Shown: piece after piece, positions 41,797 through 52,615 of the stretch
Layout of the letters: each line of letters starts with the position of its first letter
How positions within the stretch are numbered: position 1 is the first letter of the stretch
The notes under the pieces: model-generated
Seen by the model: the letters and a program-made list of their open reading frames with translations, nothing else
What the model was told of the DNA's origin: nothing
The model's database searches: none
IMG/VR virus record: IMGVR_UViG_3300035208_002804
Coordinates: 64,001 to 128,000 of that record
Length of the DNA: 64,000 nt
DNA from: a virus
Taxonomy: Duplodnaviria; Caudoviricetes
Strand: one strand, 5' to 3'
Position numbers and translations under genes: made by a program

Positions 41797-42075
41797 GTCC
41801 AGTGCAAATGGAGTAACGAGAGGGGAAGCAAAGTGGGAAGTGACGTTCTCAAATGAATGATAGGACATTGGTGACGCGGTGTTCTTTCTTCTTTTTTCTT
41901 TTGTTATGAGGTTGTCGCGGCACTTCGTTTGCTGGAAGAAGCGTTTAATCCTCTTGTGACAATACAGATCGATGTTCTATTCTTGTGTAAGTGTTTTTTC
42001 GATGACAGTATCGTGTTGATATAGTGACGGCTCTACGTTGTGATGTGACAGCGGCTATGTTTTGAGTTACTTTTT
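41797..42075 (+). ncRNA. Candidate structured ncRNA, family copy 4
   Basis: TTTATATA at 41765-41772, GTGCA at 41802, stem GUAACGAGAG/CUUUUGUUAU, TTGTTATGAG at 41901-41910, second stem GUUGUCGCGG/UUGUGACAAU. Confidence 0.65.
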
Positions 42076-42152
42076 TATTCTTTGACAGCATACATAAGTG
42101 TATAAAAATCAAAGGGTTTTGTTTATATGCTTGAAAGAAGAGGAAAATAATA

Positions 42153-42566
42153 ATGTATAATCATTTATATCTTGTTAGTGACGGCGGGGCAAGATTGTAT
42201 AAGAAGATTGGGGCGTATGCTTTTCTTATTATGGATGATGATTTTGAGATAATTTGTCAGGATTCACAATTGTTAAGTGGTAATGAGGTTACAAGTAATG
42301 TGGCTGAATACAGTGGTTTGATAAATGGTCTTCAAAATGCAGCGGGCATGTCACACTCTATCACGGTAGTTTCTGATAGTCAGTTAATGATTAGTCAGAT
42401 GAATGGCTCGTTTCAAGTAAAAGCACCTCATTTGATAGAGTTGCACAAAAAAGCGACGATGCTTTGTTCGACATTTGACGAAGTAACGTTTGAATGGAGA
42501 GCAAGGGAAGACAAATTCATTAGCATTTGTGATAAACTTTGTGACGAAAAAATCGAAAGTGTGTGA
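42153..42566 (+). CDS. rnhA: Ribonuclease HI-like protein
   Basis: SDGGAR, TSNVAEYSGL, SDSQL and WRARE...CDKL catalytic pattern. Confidence 0.9.
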   Translation: MYNHLYLVSDGGARLYKKIGAYAFLIMDDDFEIICQDSQLLSGNEVTSNVAEYSGLINGLQNAAGMSHSITVVSDSQLMISQMNGSFQVKAPHLIELHKKATMLCSTFDEVTFEWRAREDKFISICDKLCDEKIESV

Positions 42567-42859
42567 ATATGGGTAAGAATTTTGGAAACTGGGAGTTTTT
42601 GCGCATGTGGCCTTTTAAAAAGAAGTCTATTAGAAGTGTTAGTATATATATTAATGTTTATGATCCAGACGATTTGACAAGTCGTTATGAGTCATATCAA
42701 TTATGTGTAGATGAAACTGAATATAATGATATTAATGATGATGTTTATAATTTTATAGATGATACCGTGATGAAAGTTGAAAAGTGGAATAAACAAAAGG
42801 TAGAAAATGAAGAGCGAGCCGAATTGGAGCGACTTAAATCGAAATATTATGGAAGATGA
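42563..42859 (+). CDS. Hypothetical protein
   Basis: ERAELERLKSKY C-terminus common in phage proteins; the start may be 42605. Confidence 0.6.
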   Translation: MNMGKNFGNWEFLRMWPFKKKSIRSVSIYINVYDPDDLTSRYESYQLCVDETEYNDINDDVYNFIDDTVMKVEKWNKQKVENEERAELERLKSKYYGR

Positions 42860-42970
42860 GTTTGATATTAATATGAAGTATGTCACTCGTTATGAATACA
42901 ATTTTCCGTTGACACCAAACGAAATTGCAATTATTAAAATATTTGCTGAATTTGATAATGGATGATTTAA

Positions 42971-43162
42971 ATGGTTGGAATTGTTAGTGTTTGCTTTGGA
43001 ATGATGGTGCTTTGTGTATTTTTAATTATATGGGGTATATTTTTTCATGGTATTGTAACCGGAATTAGAGAAAAAGATTATGGATTAATTGTATTTATGT
43101 CGGTTTCGTTTTTATTTAGTATAGTTGTTGGTTTATTTAGTGTTCTTTATTTATGGAGTTGA
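42971..43162 (+). CDS. Small two-TM membrane protein
   Basis: Two hydrophobic segments. Confidence 0.6.
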   Translation: MVGIVSVCFGMMVLCVFLIIWGIFFHGIVTGIREKDYGLIVFMSVSFLFSIVVGLFSVLYLWS

Positions 43163-43166
43163 TGAA

Positions 43167-43355
43167 ATGGAAGAATTTTCTGATGATAATTTTATCATTT
43201 GCCCACATTGTAAGAAGTTGATTAAGGATGCTTTGGATTATGGGCTTGGTAGGTATTATGAATCTATCGAATGTCCACATTGTGAGAAAGAATTTGAAGC
43301 GAGAATAGAAACGAGTTATACATATTATTCGAAGGAAATGGGCGTTGATTTATGA
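43167..43355 (+). CDS. Zn-ribbon protein
   Basis: CPHC...CPHC; start reassigned to MEEFSDD. Confidence 0.7.
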   Translation: MEEFSDDNFIICPHCKKLIKDALDYGLGRYYESIECPHCEKEFEARIETSYTYYSKEMGVDL

Positions 43356-43498
43356 TTGTTGAATTGATGTTGTTGTTTTTGGCGCTTGTTTTGATAATGA
43401 TGGTGGTTATATTTTCATTCGTGTGTTGTATTGCCATTGTTGTTAGTTATATAGCGAAAACGTCCGGTTTTGTATTTGTTAAAAATAGGTGATTAGAA

Positions 43499-45310
43499 GT
43501 GGGTATCATTGCGAAAATTGAAGATGTTAATGTTAGGGGTTATAGAAACTGTGGGTTTTGCATGTTTTATAGTTCGGTTAATGGTAGTTTTTGCCAATGT
43601 AGGGAAAGATCTGAAATGAGGGACCATCCGATGCAACATACATTTTGTAGATGGAATTTGAGTTGGGATGAATTCTGTCAAGTTTATGATCCATATATAA
43701 TGTGATGGTGAAAATTATGGGTGACGTTGAAGTTAGGAGATTAGAAATGAACGGTTGGGCTTTATATAATTATTTGGTGTTGTTGCCGAAAAGACTGTGG
43801 AATTTGGAATCTGGAACAAAATTGACACATAATGATGGTGGTAGAGTTGAAGTTGCTAAAAATGGTGATTGGATAATTGGTTACGCTGTAAACAAAGAAT
43901 TTAGTCATTACATGATATTAGCCGACACAACTTATGTTAATAATGAAGAGGTTGGTTTTGTTTGATTGATAAAATGGGATCAAATTTGATGAAAAGTGCT
44001 AAATTGGCAGAGCCGAGAAAGTTTTTGAATGTTGGTGATATTGGAGAAATTGATGGTCGTTATTATAGACTTGATTGTATTAATGATTTGAGACACATAG
44101 CATATTTTACAGAGATTAATGTTCATAAGTTGAAATATAGTAATGGGTGTGTAGAGGTTATAGAATGAGTAACCAAATCGGTCCAAAAACTAAAGAATGG
44201 TGTCCTGAATTAGAATGGAGAGAGGTAGGCTGTGTTACTAATTTTGGATAGATTAATATGACTGTGAGATTTGTATTTCCAACAAATGAAATGATTATGA
44301 AAAATGTTATTAGGAGATTAGAAATGAAAGGGTGGGTTAGACTTCTTAATTGGAGGAAGTTTCATTGGATTGAGGATGGCGAGTCGCTTTGTGGGAAATG
44401 GATGTATTGGGGTCAGGATGAAGCAATGTTTGATGGTGATATAACAGTTAAGAAAGGTGAATGTGCTGCATGTAGAAAGAAGTTAGATAAAAGAATGGAG
44501 AAAATTTGATGGGTGATGAAAGAGAAACGATGGTTTGTGGCGAATGTGGTTGTATTTTGTTTTCAATTGGCAGGTATGAATTAGTGCCAGTTGAACATTT
44601 TAAAGGGGAGTGTAAAAATGAGTAGTCGATATGATTCTGGTATTGAGTTTACTCCCGAAGAAGAGGAAGCGTGGAAAAAAGAAGTGGACAGAAGATATAA
44701 AGATGTGCCACGATATCCAATTACTGGGGAGAAAGTAATGATGATGCATGATTTGCGAGACAAATTGAAATTTTTAGGTAGATATGATGAATGGGAGAAT
44801 TTTGATGACACCAGACATTAAGAACGGTGATATTCCGTTGTGGTTTGAATGCGAAGTGTGTGAATTTGATAGTTTTCATATTTTAGAATTTGGTGATTAT
44901 TATCATTGTTCATGTGCTCATTGCGGAATGGTTAAAATAATAAAGAAGGGGTAAATATGAAACAACCGGATAAATATGATGATGTGTTTGATGCGTTGTG
45001 TTATATGGTTACGGAGGTTTGGAAAAGTGGTAAATCGCAACGTATCAATTTAAATGATCATATGGAGTTTGATTATGAAACAACCGGAGATAAGTGGAAA
45101 TTTTGTAACGATCCAATTAGAGCGATATCAGAGGCGGTAGAATGTATGGACAGAGTTGGTGATGATAATTTTGGGCCGGAAATTTTAGTGATGAAAAGTT
45201 ATGATGTCAGGGAGAAGAAAGATGTAATTACATTGGTTGATATGAGCCATTTAAAGAGATCGGAAAGGAAGTTGTGGGATGATAGAGTCGAAAATAATAG
45301 TTACATTTAA
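43499..45310 (+). other. Cluster of short hypothetical genes (43499..43705, 43702..43965, 43962..44168, 44258..44509, 44618..44821, 44957..45310)
   Basis: Tightly packed or overlapping plus-strand ORFs, several with CxxC motifs. Confidence 0.6.
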
Positions 45311-45338
45311 TTCAGTATTACTATTTTAGATTTTCGTG

Positions 45339-46124
45339 TTACTCGCCTTTTAGGTGGTTTATTTTTAGTTTTTTTTCGCAGGCGATGATGTCTTTGTATT
45401 CAATGCGTTTGGTTCTGTAATCTTCTGCCATTACTTCGGGAAGGTTTAACATTATTTTTTCCATGAGTAGGAGCATTATTGATTCGAGTTCTTTGTAAGC
45501 GAGGGTTGTGAAGAATAGTCTGTTTGGGTGGTAGATGTGGTAGAGGTAGGCCATGACACGATTTCGCATTATTATCGGGTGTTTGTTTGGGATAACATCT
45601 TTGGTGGTGGTTTTTATATTGAAATTGTGGTTTTTGGTGAACGTCTTGTTTTTTATGTGGTAGATTCTGTTTCTATAGGCTTGGCATTTGAAGTATGAGA
45701 TGTCTTCGCTGGTTATTTTATTGATGAAATCGGACACGAAGATGATTTCGGTTGAATTTGTTAGGAGGGGGTTGTTTGGGTCTGGATTTTTGACGGGACA
45801 AGGTTTAATTTTAGACAGGTTTTCGTCCAGTAATATTTGCTCGTTTATTTGTTTTATGTATTGCGTGCCATCTATACTTGAGGGGGTTGGCGTGACAGCC
45901 ATGAATGAGGCTTTAAGTCGGCCATCTTTGCGGTGGTGAAGTTTTGGCGAGATTATACCAGAGATGTTTGACAATAGGTGGGTGTCCAGAGGGTCTAATG
46001 TTAGGGGGTTATGATCCAGACGGGTAAAAGTGGAGAGGGGTATCTTTTTTCCGGCGTATATTTGAGATTTAACTGGACGAGGGCCAAGTTCCGGCGTTAG
46101 TTTAATTTTATGTATTGGGGGCAT
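45339..46124 (-). CDS. Hypothetical basic protein
   Basis: 261-aa ORF, P/T/K/H-rich, matching the strong local strand skew. Confidence 0.55.
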   Translation of the reverse strand: MPPIHKIKLTPELGPRPVKSQIYAGKKIPLSTFTRLDHNPLTLDPLDTHLLSNISGIISPKLHHRKDGRLKASFMAVTPTPSSIDGTQYIKQINEQILLDENLSKIKPCPVKNPDPNNPLLTNSTEIIFVSDFINKITSEDISYFKCQAYRNRIYHIKNKTFTKNHNFNIKTTTKDVIPNKHPIIMRNRVMAYLYHIYHPNRLFFTTLAYKELESIMLLLMEKIMLNLPEVMAEDYRTKRIEYKDIIACEKKLKINHLKGE

Positions 46125-46193
46125 AGATGTTTTTCGGCTGGTTTTATTTGGCGGTTAGAAGGTTATTGGGGTCGGTAGGGGGCTAATTTTTTA

Positions 46194-46466
46194 TTAGTCT
46201 CCTTCCAAACATTCGTCACAGCAGTGGTCTTCGTTATTGTTTGTGGTGGAGAAGAACATGTTACATTTTGTGCAGCGTTTGTAGAAGACGGGAATGTGAC
46301 GGCAGTGGTTGACGCAGTTTGAACAGTAGAGACCTTTATAGCGACCAAGTGTTCCGTCCAGTTTATATTTTGGGTTGGCGGGATCAATGTTTGGGGGTGT
46401 GATGTCAGAGCGATAGAGAGTTATGGGGGTATTACAGCGTTGACAGTGGCGAGTTATACGGGGCAT
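46194..46466 (-). CDS. Double Zn-finger protein
   Basis: CQRC..CSNC..CTKC..CDEC; TATA box about 25 nt upstream. Confidence 0.7.
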   Translation of the reverse strand: MPRITRHCQRCNTPITLYRSDITPPNIDPANPKYKLDGTLGRYKGLYCSNCVNHCRHIPVFYKRCTKCNMFFSTTNNNEDHCCDECLEGD

Positions 46467-46729
46467 GGATAGTAGTAAATATTACGCATTATATAAAGGT
46501 TTCGTCTGGTTTATAGTGGGATGGGTAGAAATATTTTTTGTGGGGTGAAATGAAAGTAATATAATTTAAAGTATCGTCTGGTTTTGATAGAAGATTATAG
46601 TAATATGATTTTACGTCCAGTTTATTTTGAAAATGAGTAGTGTTAATCTATATACCAGGTAAGTGCTTTTATCCCCTATTAACATATAAAATTTTATTCC
46701 TCCCGTTAACCATTTCTATTTAACTTTCC

Positions 46730-47150
46730 AGTGATGTCAACCACATCTACCTAAATAAACCAGGAATGAACCCTGATTCCAAATCCAGGTTCAAATCTAA
46801 CCCCGTTTGTTATATCACTGAAATGTTGGTGATGTCAATATTCACGCAATGGCTTTAAAATCATATTTAAAACCCGATTCTCGTTCCGTTCCGTTATATC
46901 ACTAAAGTGATATAACCTCACTCACTCCTATCGGGTGATGTTGCCACGGTGATATCACTAACGCACTTGTGATATTCGTATGTTGTGATATCACAATCTA
47001 TCCGGTGATGTCAGATCTCATATTTGGTAAGCCTATCATTTTTGGATGTGATATCACTATGTTGGTTGTGATGTGGTGCCGCAATATTTCCGGTGATATC
47101 ACTAAAATATGGTTAAAATTGATGAATATCACAACTATTTGGTGATGTCA
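46730..47150. repeat. Array of ATATCAC/GTGATRTC sites (operator or iteron cluster)
   Basis: GTGATATCAC at 46949, 46985, 47048 and 47093; perfect inverted repeat at 46893-46916; several ATATCAC-N9-11-GTGATG pairs. Confidence 0.85.
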
Positions 47151-47259
47151 ATAAGGCCAGGATGAGCCTGGAATTGCAATTAGACTGATTCCTGGTCACC
47201 GTTTGTTATATTCCATAGTCATGAAAACCCTTATATAGTATTGAGTCTAACATATACTC

Positions 47260-47454
47260 ATGGCAACAACAACCATTTTTGAAGGTGCCTCTCACGTGGC
47301 ATATTTCGCCGCTGGTCGCCAGTGGTTATCATACGGATACCACAAGATCATTAAGACCGGTAGTATGTTCACGGTAGAGTATTACTACGGAAGCAGTGTG
47401 GCCCGGCATGCAGAGAAAGGGATAACTTCCCTTTCCTTCAAACCAGACTTTTAA
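47260..47454 (+). CDS. Leaderless hypothetical protein
   Basis: CTTATATA box about 22 nt upstream of the ATG. Confidence 0.65.
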   Translation: MATTTIFEGASHVAYFAAGRQWLSYGYHKIIKTGSMFTVEYYYGSSVARHAEKGITSLSFKPDF

Positions 47455-47471
47455 TTTTTGGAGGTAAAAAC

Positions 47472-47639
47472 ATGGCAACGATTGAAGACTACAACAAAGA
47501 ATATACTCTCTGGGAAACAATGAAACCATACAGCAGATACAACGGCCCTGTGATTGATACCACAGAGAACCCGTGTGAGTATTGCACGTATTCCGGTATC
47601 CATGAAGATAGTGGCTGCCCCGGATGTTTCTTTAATTAA
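47472..47639 (+). CDS. Small Zn-finger protein (55 aa), not in the ORF track
   Basis: GGAGGT RBS, CEYC...CPGC, followed by a T-run. Confidence 0.7.
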   Translation: MATIEDYNKEYTLWETMKPYSRYNGPVIDTTENPCEYCTYSGIHEDSGCPGCFFN

Positions 47640-47641
47640 TC

Positions 47642-47656
47642 TTTTTTTTTTGTTTC
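47642..47656 (+). terminator. Oligo-T archaeal-type terminator
   Basis: Run of about 10 T immediately after the stop codon. Confidence 0.55.
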
Positions 47657-47871
47657 TAAAAATTAGTTAGGCAAAGACTAACTAACTACTTTATTTAATG
47701 CTCATATTGCCGTTCTTTTCTATATTTGCTTTGAGACAATCACAGAGGCACCTACGTTTGTGTTTAATGTTTAGTCATAGGAACGTAAAGGATAGGATGA
47801 GATAGGCTGTTGGCGTTGTAATGGTATTATGGTTTTTTGGTGGTGGTCAGAAAAAAGTGGTGGTGGTGAAT

Positions 47872-48280
47872 ATAGTTAAGTTTGTGAACTATGTTATTGA
47901 TTGTCTTTAAAAGGGATAGTCTGTTTTTAGGATAGTTAAATTTATGAACTATTAACTTTGTGAATTGTTGTCATTACAATAGTTAAATTTGTGAATAGTC
48001 TGTTTTTAGTATTAAAATAATAGTTAGGTTCGTACTAACTAATTTGAAGGAAAAGGTAATCTGGTGACTAATTTTCTCCCTCCTATCCCCTCTTATCTCC
48101 TATCCTCCTCCTTTCCCCAAACAACCCCCATTTTACCCTTATTTTCCACCACTAATAACCACCTTGATCAAACCATTACAAACAGTCTCTTACCCATGAC
48201 TATTAAACTATACATCAATGTACAAAAGTGTACATTATAGCATAAAAATATACAAAAGTGTACAAAAATATACATCAATG
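47872..48280. repeat. Short repeat clusters
   Basis: ATAGTTAARTTTRTGAA(CTAT) at 47872, 47932 and 47979 (degenerate at 48020); TACAAAAGTGTACA at 48221 and 48251. Confidence 0.8.
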
Positions 48281-48390
48281 ATTATATTAATACATTAATT
48301 ACTAAAAACATACATTTATAAAAAATCAAAAAAAAAAAGATTTAAAAGTTTATTTCTCTCTCTTTCTCTCACTTTCTCTCACTTTCTCTC

Positions 48391-48522
48391 TCATATTAAG
48401 TTCTTAATCGCTATTTCAAAAATACGCTTTAACGCTTCTTCCTTTGTTATGTTCAACCTTTCAGACACAACCTTGATAGCAAGTGCCTCTTTCACTCCTA
48501 CTCTAATAGCCTCTGTTGCCAT
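48391..48522 (-). CDS. Ribbon-helix-helix-like protein (43 aa), not in the ORF track
   Basis: MATEAIRVGVKEALAIKVVSERLNITKEEALKRIFEIAIKNLI; GGTGA RBS. Confidence 0.55.
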   Translation of the reverse strand: MATEAIRVGVKEALAIKVVSERLNITKEEALKRIFEIAIKNLI

Positions 48523-48639
48523 AATTTCACCAAAAAATTTATGAGAATAACGATAATACAGTTATCCCAAAAAGCATAATACTATTGACTATCCCTAATA
48601 CAAACGTAATAATCCTTAATTTATATCCATACATAATAA

Positions 48640-50287
48640 TTATCTTCCCCCTACAGAACTACCTAACATTTCAGCCTTGTTTTTAGAAGATGCATAAGAT
48701 TTATCTTCTTTTTTCATTTCTTCATAAATATTTATTTCTTCAAATAAATCAGATTCTTTAAAATTACCCATAAATATTCCATCTACATACAACTTAAAAA
48801 CATCATTAAAAGTTGGATGTTTCTTATAATCTATATCCATCTTTAAAATCCCCAAAAATCTATAACAACATTATAATTCTTTTCTAAAAATCTTACTGTA
48901 ATATCGAAAAAATCATCCTTTCCATACTTATCATATAACTTCTGTAAATTTCTTTCGATTATCTTCTTATTATCCATCTTTAAACCGGTATATTTATATC
49001 ATAACAGTTATTTTCTACATTCGGTACAACTATAGCCAATAATTTACCATCACTGTATATATCTCTCTTACGATATATTATATTACCTCTCTCGTCCTCA
49101 CCATTACATTTAATATCTTCTTCCCTTAACTCTGGATAAAAAGATAAAATTTTATCCAGTATTAGATCAGAATAACCAACTTGAACCAACATCTTTAAAA
49201 TCCCTTACCATAACATGAGTTATAATCAAATTTTACAACTAATTTAAAATTTAACGTTTCTTTTTCCCCTATTTCAAAAATCTTTCTTATTAAGACATCA
49301 TTTTTATCTTTCCACGTCTTAAACCTTTTAAATCCTGAAATACCGTTAAAAACCTTCTTATTTTCCGGATATAATTGAGACATTAATATCCCTCCTTTAA
49401 TCCTGAAAAGTAAATAGTCTTAATCCTCTCTTCTTTTGTCATTCTACCATGTCTATACCAAAAATTGATAATATCAATCTTACCCTTTATCACTTCTTTA
49501 CTTTCCATATCTATGTATACACCTCCTAACCTTATAAATCTTCCTATTCCTTTTATCCACATATCGAAATAAAACCCATATACAGGTTATTCCAAGAAAT
49601 AAACTACTTTCACTTAACATCATTCAAAAGTTAAATAATAATACTTAACTAACCTGGATGACCCAAAAAATGAAAAAAAGTAACGATTACCTAATAAATC
49701 CTAATTCTATTTGTTTCTTACAATCTGTATTACTTATCAAACAATTAATCTGATATTCATAAATTACCATATATTTGTCTAATTTACTCGTTACCTTCTT
49801 ACAATTATCACAATATCTACAATGTTTAATAAAAAGTTTAGGAGTTATTACCTTCTTAAAACTTCCATCCTTCAACACTCTTTCTTCCATCATATCTTAC
49901 TAAAATCCTTATACGCTTTAGTTATTACTTTTTCCATCTCAATAAGATCTCTAATACTATCACAACTTTCTATCAAATTATCTATCTTATTCAATCTGAT
50001 CATTATATTCATTCTAATCTCTTCTTTTTCATCATATGGCATAAATAAGATTAATAAAATATATAGGGTTAGTCACTTCTTTTACCTTTCATCAACATTA
50101 CTAAATTATCCAGAACTCTTATTATCCCATTTATCCTATCTTCAAGATAAATATTCTTCTTTTCAAGATCATTATATTCATCAATTAAACTATTATATAT
50201 CTCAATAAGATGTTTAACATAATCCCTCAAATCCTCTATATCCGTATATTCATCAGGATTTTTAAAAAACGGTTTAATTAAAGCCAT
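48640..50287 (-). other. Cluster of short hypothetical genes (48640..48855, 48980..49192, 49195..49383, 49687..49893, 50069..50287)
   Basis: Minus-strand ORFs with GGGATTTTAAAG-type leaders. Confidence 0.6.
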
Positions 50288-50308
50288 AATCTTTTTACTC
50301 CTTACTTC

Positions 50309-50791
50309 TCATTCCTTAATACTTTCTTTAATATTCATCTCTTCCAATAATCCATTCAATTTATCGCCTTCAACAAATAAAACTTCTATCTCTCTAATAC
50401 TTACCCATATCGTATCTATTTCTGTTCTATATAGATCAATAGTTCCGATTTCATCCTCTTCTGATATCTCATTATATTCTTCTACTTCCCTCTCAAAAGA
50501 ACTATTAACCATATTATTGATACATAACCCTGCTATCCTTGTATTTCCTTCTTTATCATCAATATAATTATAAGTGATATAACTATATTTATCTTTATTT
50601 TCATCCGTTACTTGATACTCAATAAAACTATTGATAAATTCTTTAACTTCTTCTAATGTCCTAAATTGTTTCTTTCCATTATCAAATGCGTTATTTTGTT
50701 TTTCTATCATTCCTGATTCTCTATCTTCTTCCTCTTCCATCAAGAATGTCTTTACATAACTCACTTCAAACAATTTAATTTTATCAATCAT
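50309..50791 (-). CDS. Acidic hypothetical protein
   Basis: Very E/D-rich. Confidence 0.7.
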   Translation of the reverse strand: MIDKIKLFEVSYVKTFLMEEEEDRESGMIEKQNNAFDNGKKQFRTLEEVKEFINSFIEYQVTDENKDKYSYITYNYIDDKEGNTRIAGLCINNMVNSSFEREVEEYNEISEEDEIGTIDLYRTEIDTIWVSIREIEVLFVEGDKLNGLLEEMNIKESIKE

Positions 50792-50843
50792 TTTTAAATC
50801 CCTCTTTAAAAAATTAATTAATCAAAGCCATAATATTTTACTC

Positions 50844-51686
50844 CTATTCTGTGTTCTCTTCTACATTGAAATATTCTTTAACTTCTTCTAAAGTAACATT
50901 ACTACCATCAATCACTTTCTCAACACTAATCCACATATCATTATTTTCATTAATCCAATACTCATTGCTTCTTTCAGCCAATAACTCAAAAAATCCTCTT
51001 ATTTCTGATTCTTTACCTTCTTTCACTTCAAGATCATACAGATTAAATTTATCCTGTAATTCTCTTTTAAAATCATATTCAACCCAATTATCAAATGCTT
51101 CACCCTTTAACTCTTCCTCTACATCACTCATTTCTTCTTCATCAATAACCGGATAATCATTTAAAGAAGAATAAATTTCTATTATGTTCTCTATTTCCTG
51201 ATTACGCTCTTCCTGTTCATCCGTTTCTACCTCATCAACATATGAAAGTAAAAATACTAACGGTATAACACAAAAAGAAGAACCATAACCACCTATCACT
51301 TCAATATGTTTATGATCTTCTAATAAAACATTCTTATTACTTATTCCAACTGATCCATTACCGCCATAATCCCCAGATACCGTATATTCATGACAAATAT
51401 ACACATTATCAATCTGTTTATCGTCTTTTAACTCTTCAATAGGATTATTTTCAAGATCTGACCATAATTCTTTAAGTTCTTTATCATTCATCTCTTCCAG
51501 ATCAGAATAACTAATATTATTTCCCAGTGGTAATTTTTGCGTATAATAAGATTCATGGATTAAATTAACCATTCCATTTTTATCATAACTATGTTCACTT
51601 GATACAAATCTATTATATGTGTAAAAAGTGATATTATCCATATGTTTTAATATATCAATAATATTTTTTCTGGTTTTAATCACCAT
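50844..51686 (-). CDS. Acidic hypothetical protein
   Basis: E/D-rich; SGDYGG and LNDYPVIDEE motifs. Confidence 0.75.
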   Translation of the reverse strand: MVIKTRKNIIDILKHMDNITFYTYNRFVSSEHSYDKNGMVNLIHESYYTQKLPLGNNISYSDLEEMNDKELKELWSDLENNPIEELKDDKQIDNVYICHEYTVSGDYGGNGSVGISNKNVLLEDHKHIEVIGGYGSSFCVIPLVFLLSYVDEVETDEQEERNQEIENIIEIYSSLNDYPVIDEEEMSDVEEELKGEAFDNWVEYDFKRELQDKFNLYDLEVKEGKESEIRGFFELLAERSNEYWINENNDMWISVEKVIDGSNVTLEEVKEYFNVEENTE

Positions 51687-52265
51687 TTAGGCACCTTCTT
51701 CTTCTTTAAAATCTTTTACCTCAAAATATTCATCATACGGACATTCGATCCATTCATCGAAAAAATCTTTATCCAAGCAATAAGACGGTATATTTCCATC
51801 AGAACCTAAATAACAACCATTTGGAGCACAAGGAGAACAAAATCCCCTAAATGTCCAATATGGTGATTTTATAACGATTAAATCATCAGAATCATTAGAA
51901 TACTCAATAATGTATCCATCTTTTTCATATCTGTATTTATGATAATCATTCTGATAATTATTATTAAATTGATCAATAATATCATCTAACAGATCATTAT
52001 TATCCATTCCTATATGTTCAGAATCAAGATTGTTATTTTCACAAAATTCTCTTATCGTGTCTTTAAATGCCTCTTTCAATTCCTCAATATTTTCCTCATA
52101 AATTAAATCATCACCCATACAAATATCATTCAATACTTCTGAACTAATCTTATTCCCATAATAAAACCCATAATGAATACCTTTTTCATCCTCATTATAC
52201 TTATTTATCCCTAATTTCTCATTTATGCTTAATTGAATTTTTTCTGATTCTGTTTTTTCTTTCAT
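51687..52265 (-). CDS. Acidic hypothetical protein with Cys cluster
   Basis: KSPYWTFRGFCSPCAPNGCYL...YCL. Confidence 0.75.
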   Translation of the reverse strand: MKEKTESEKIQLSINEKLGINKYNEDEKGIHYGFYYGNKISSEVLNDICMGDDLIYEENIEELKEAFKDTIREFCENNNLDSEHIGMDNNDLLDDIIDQFNNNYQNDYHKYRYEKDGYIIEYSNDSDDLIVIKSPYWTFRGFCSPCAPNGCYLGSDGNIPSYCLDKDFFDEWIECPYDEYFEVKDFKEEEGA

Positions 52266-52291
52266 TTTAATCCCTCTATTTAAAAAATTGA

Positions 52292-52615
52292 TTAATCAGA
52301 ATCTTCTTCTTCCTCTTCTTCTATTTCCTTAAAATCATCCCAAAAAGATTCTGCAATTTCGTAAAAATTAACTTCTGATATTGCAGCGCTCATAAGGTCT
52401 GCATAAAGATCAGCCTTATCATTCAGAGGATTAAACTCTTCTATTTCATCCTTTATTCGTTCTGATAACTCATGTATGTTCTCACTTTCATTTGTTACCT
52501 CTACCCAATAATCATAAGAACAAGAATCATTTGTCAACCATAAATTCACTAACCACGTTTCATAATTATGCCAGCCATTATATTCTTTTTGTTCCATTTT
52601 ATTTTTCATCTCCAT
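52292..52615 (-). CDS. Acidic phage protein with YNGWxNYETW motif
   Basis: YNGWHNYETWLVNLWLTND, a motif I recall from small phage proteins; acidic tail. Confidence 0.75.
   Translation of the reverse strand: MEMKNKMEQKEYNGWHNYETWLVNLWLTNDSCSYDYWVEVTNESENIHELSERIKDEIEEFNPLNDKADLYADLMSAAISEVNFYEIAESFWDDFKEIEEEEEEDSD

Noticed and set aside
48353-48392. CTTTCTCTCA low-complexity repeat
   Set aside because: Simple purine/pyrimidine tract like many other intergenic tracts in this genome.
52266-52281. AGAGGGATTAAAA leader resembling the 3' end of some methanogen CRISPR repeats (possible RNA anti-CRISPR)
   Set aside because: The resemblance is from memory and short. The word always lies directly before an ATG, so a ribosome-binding site explains it.
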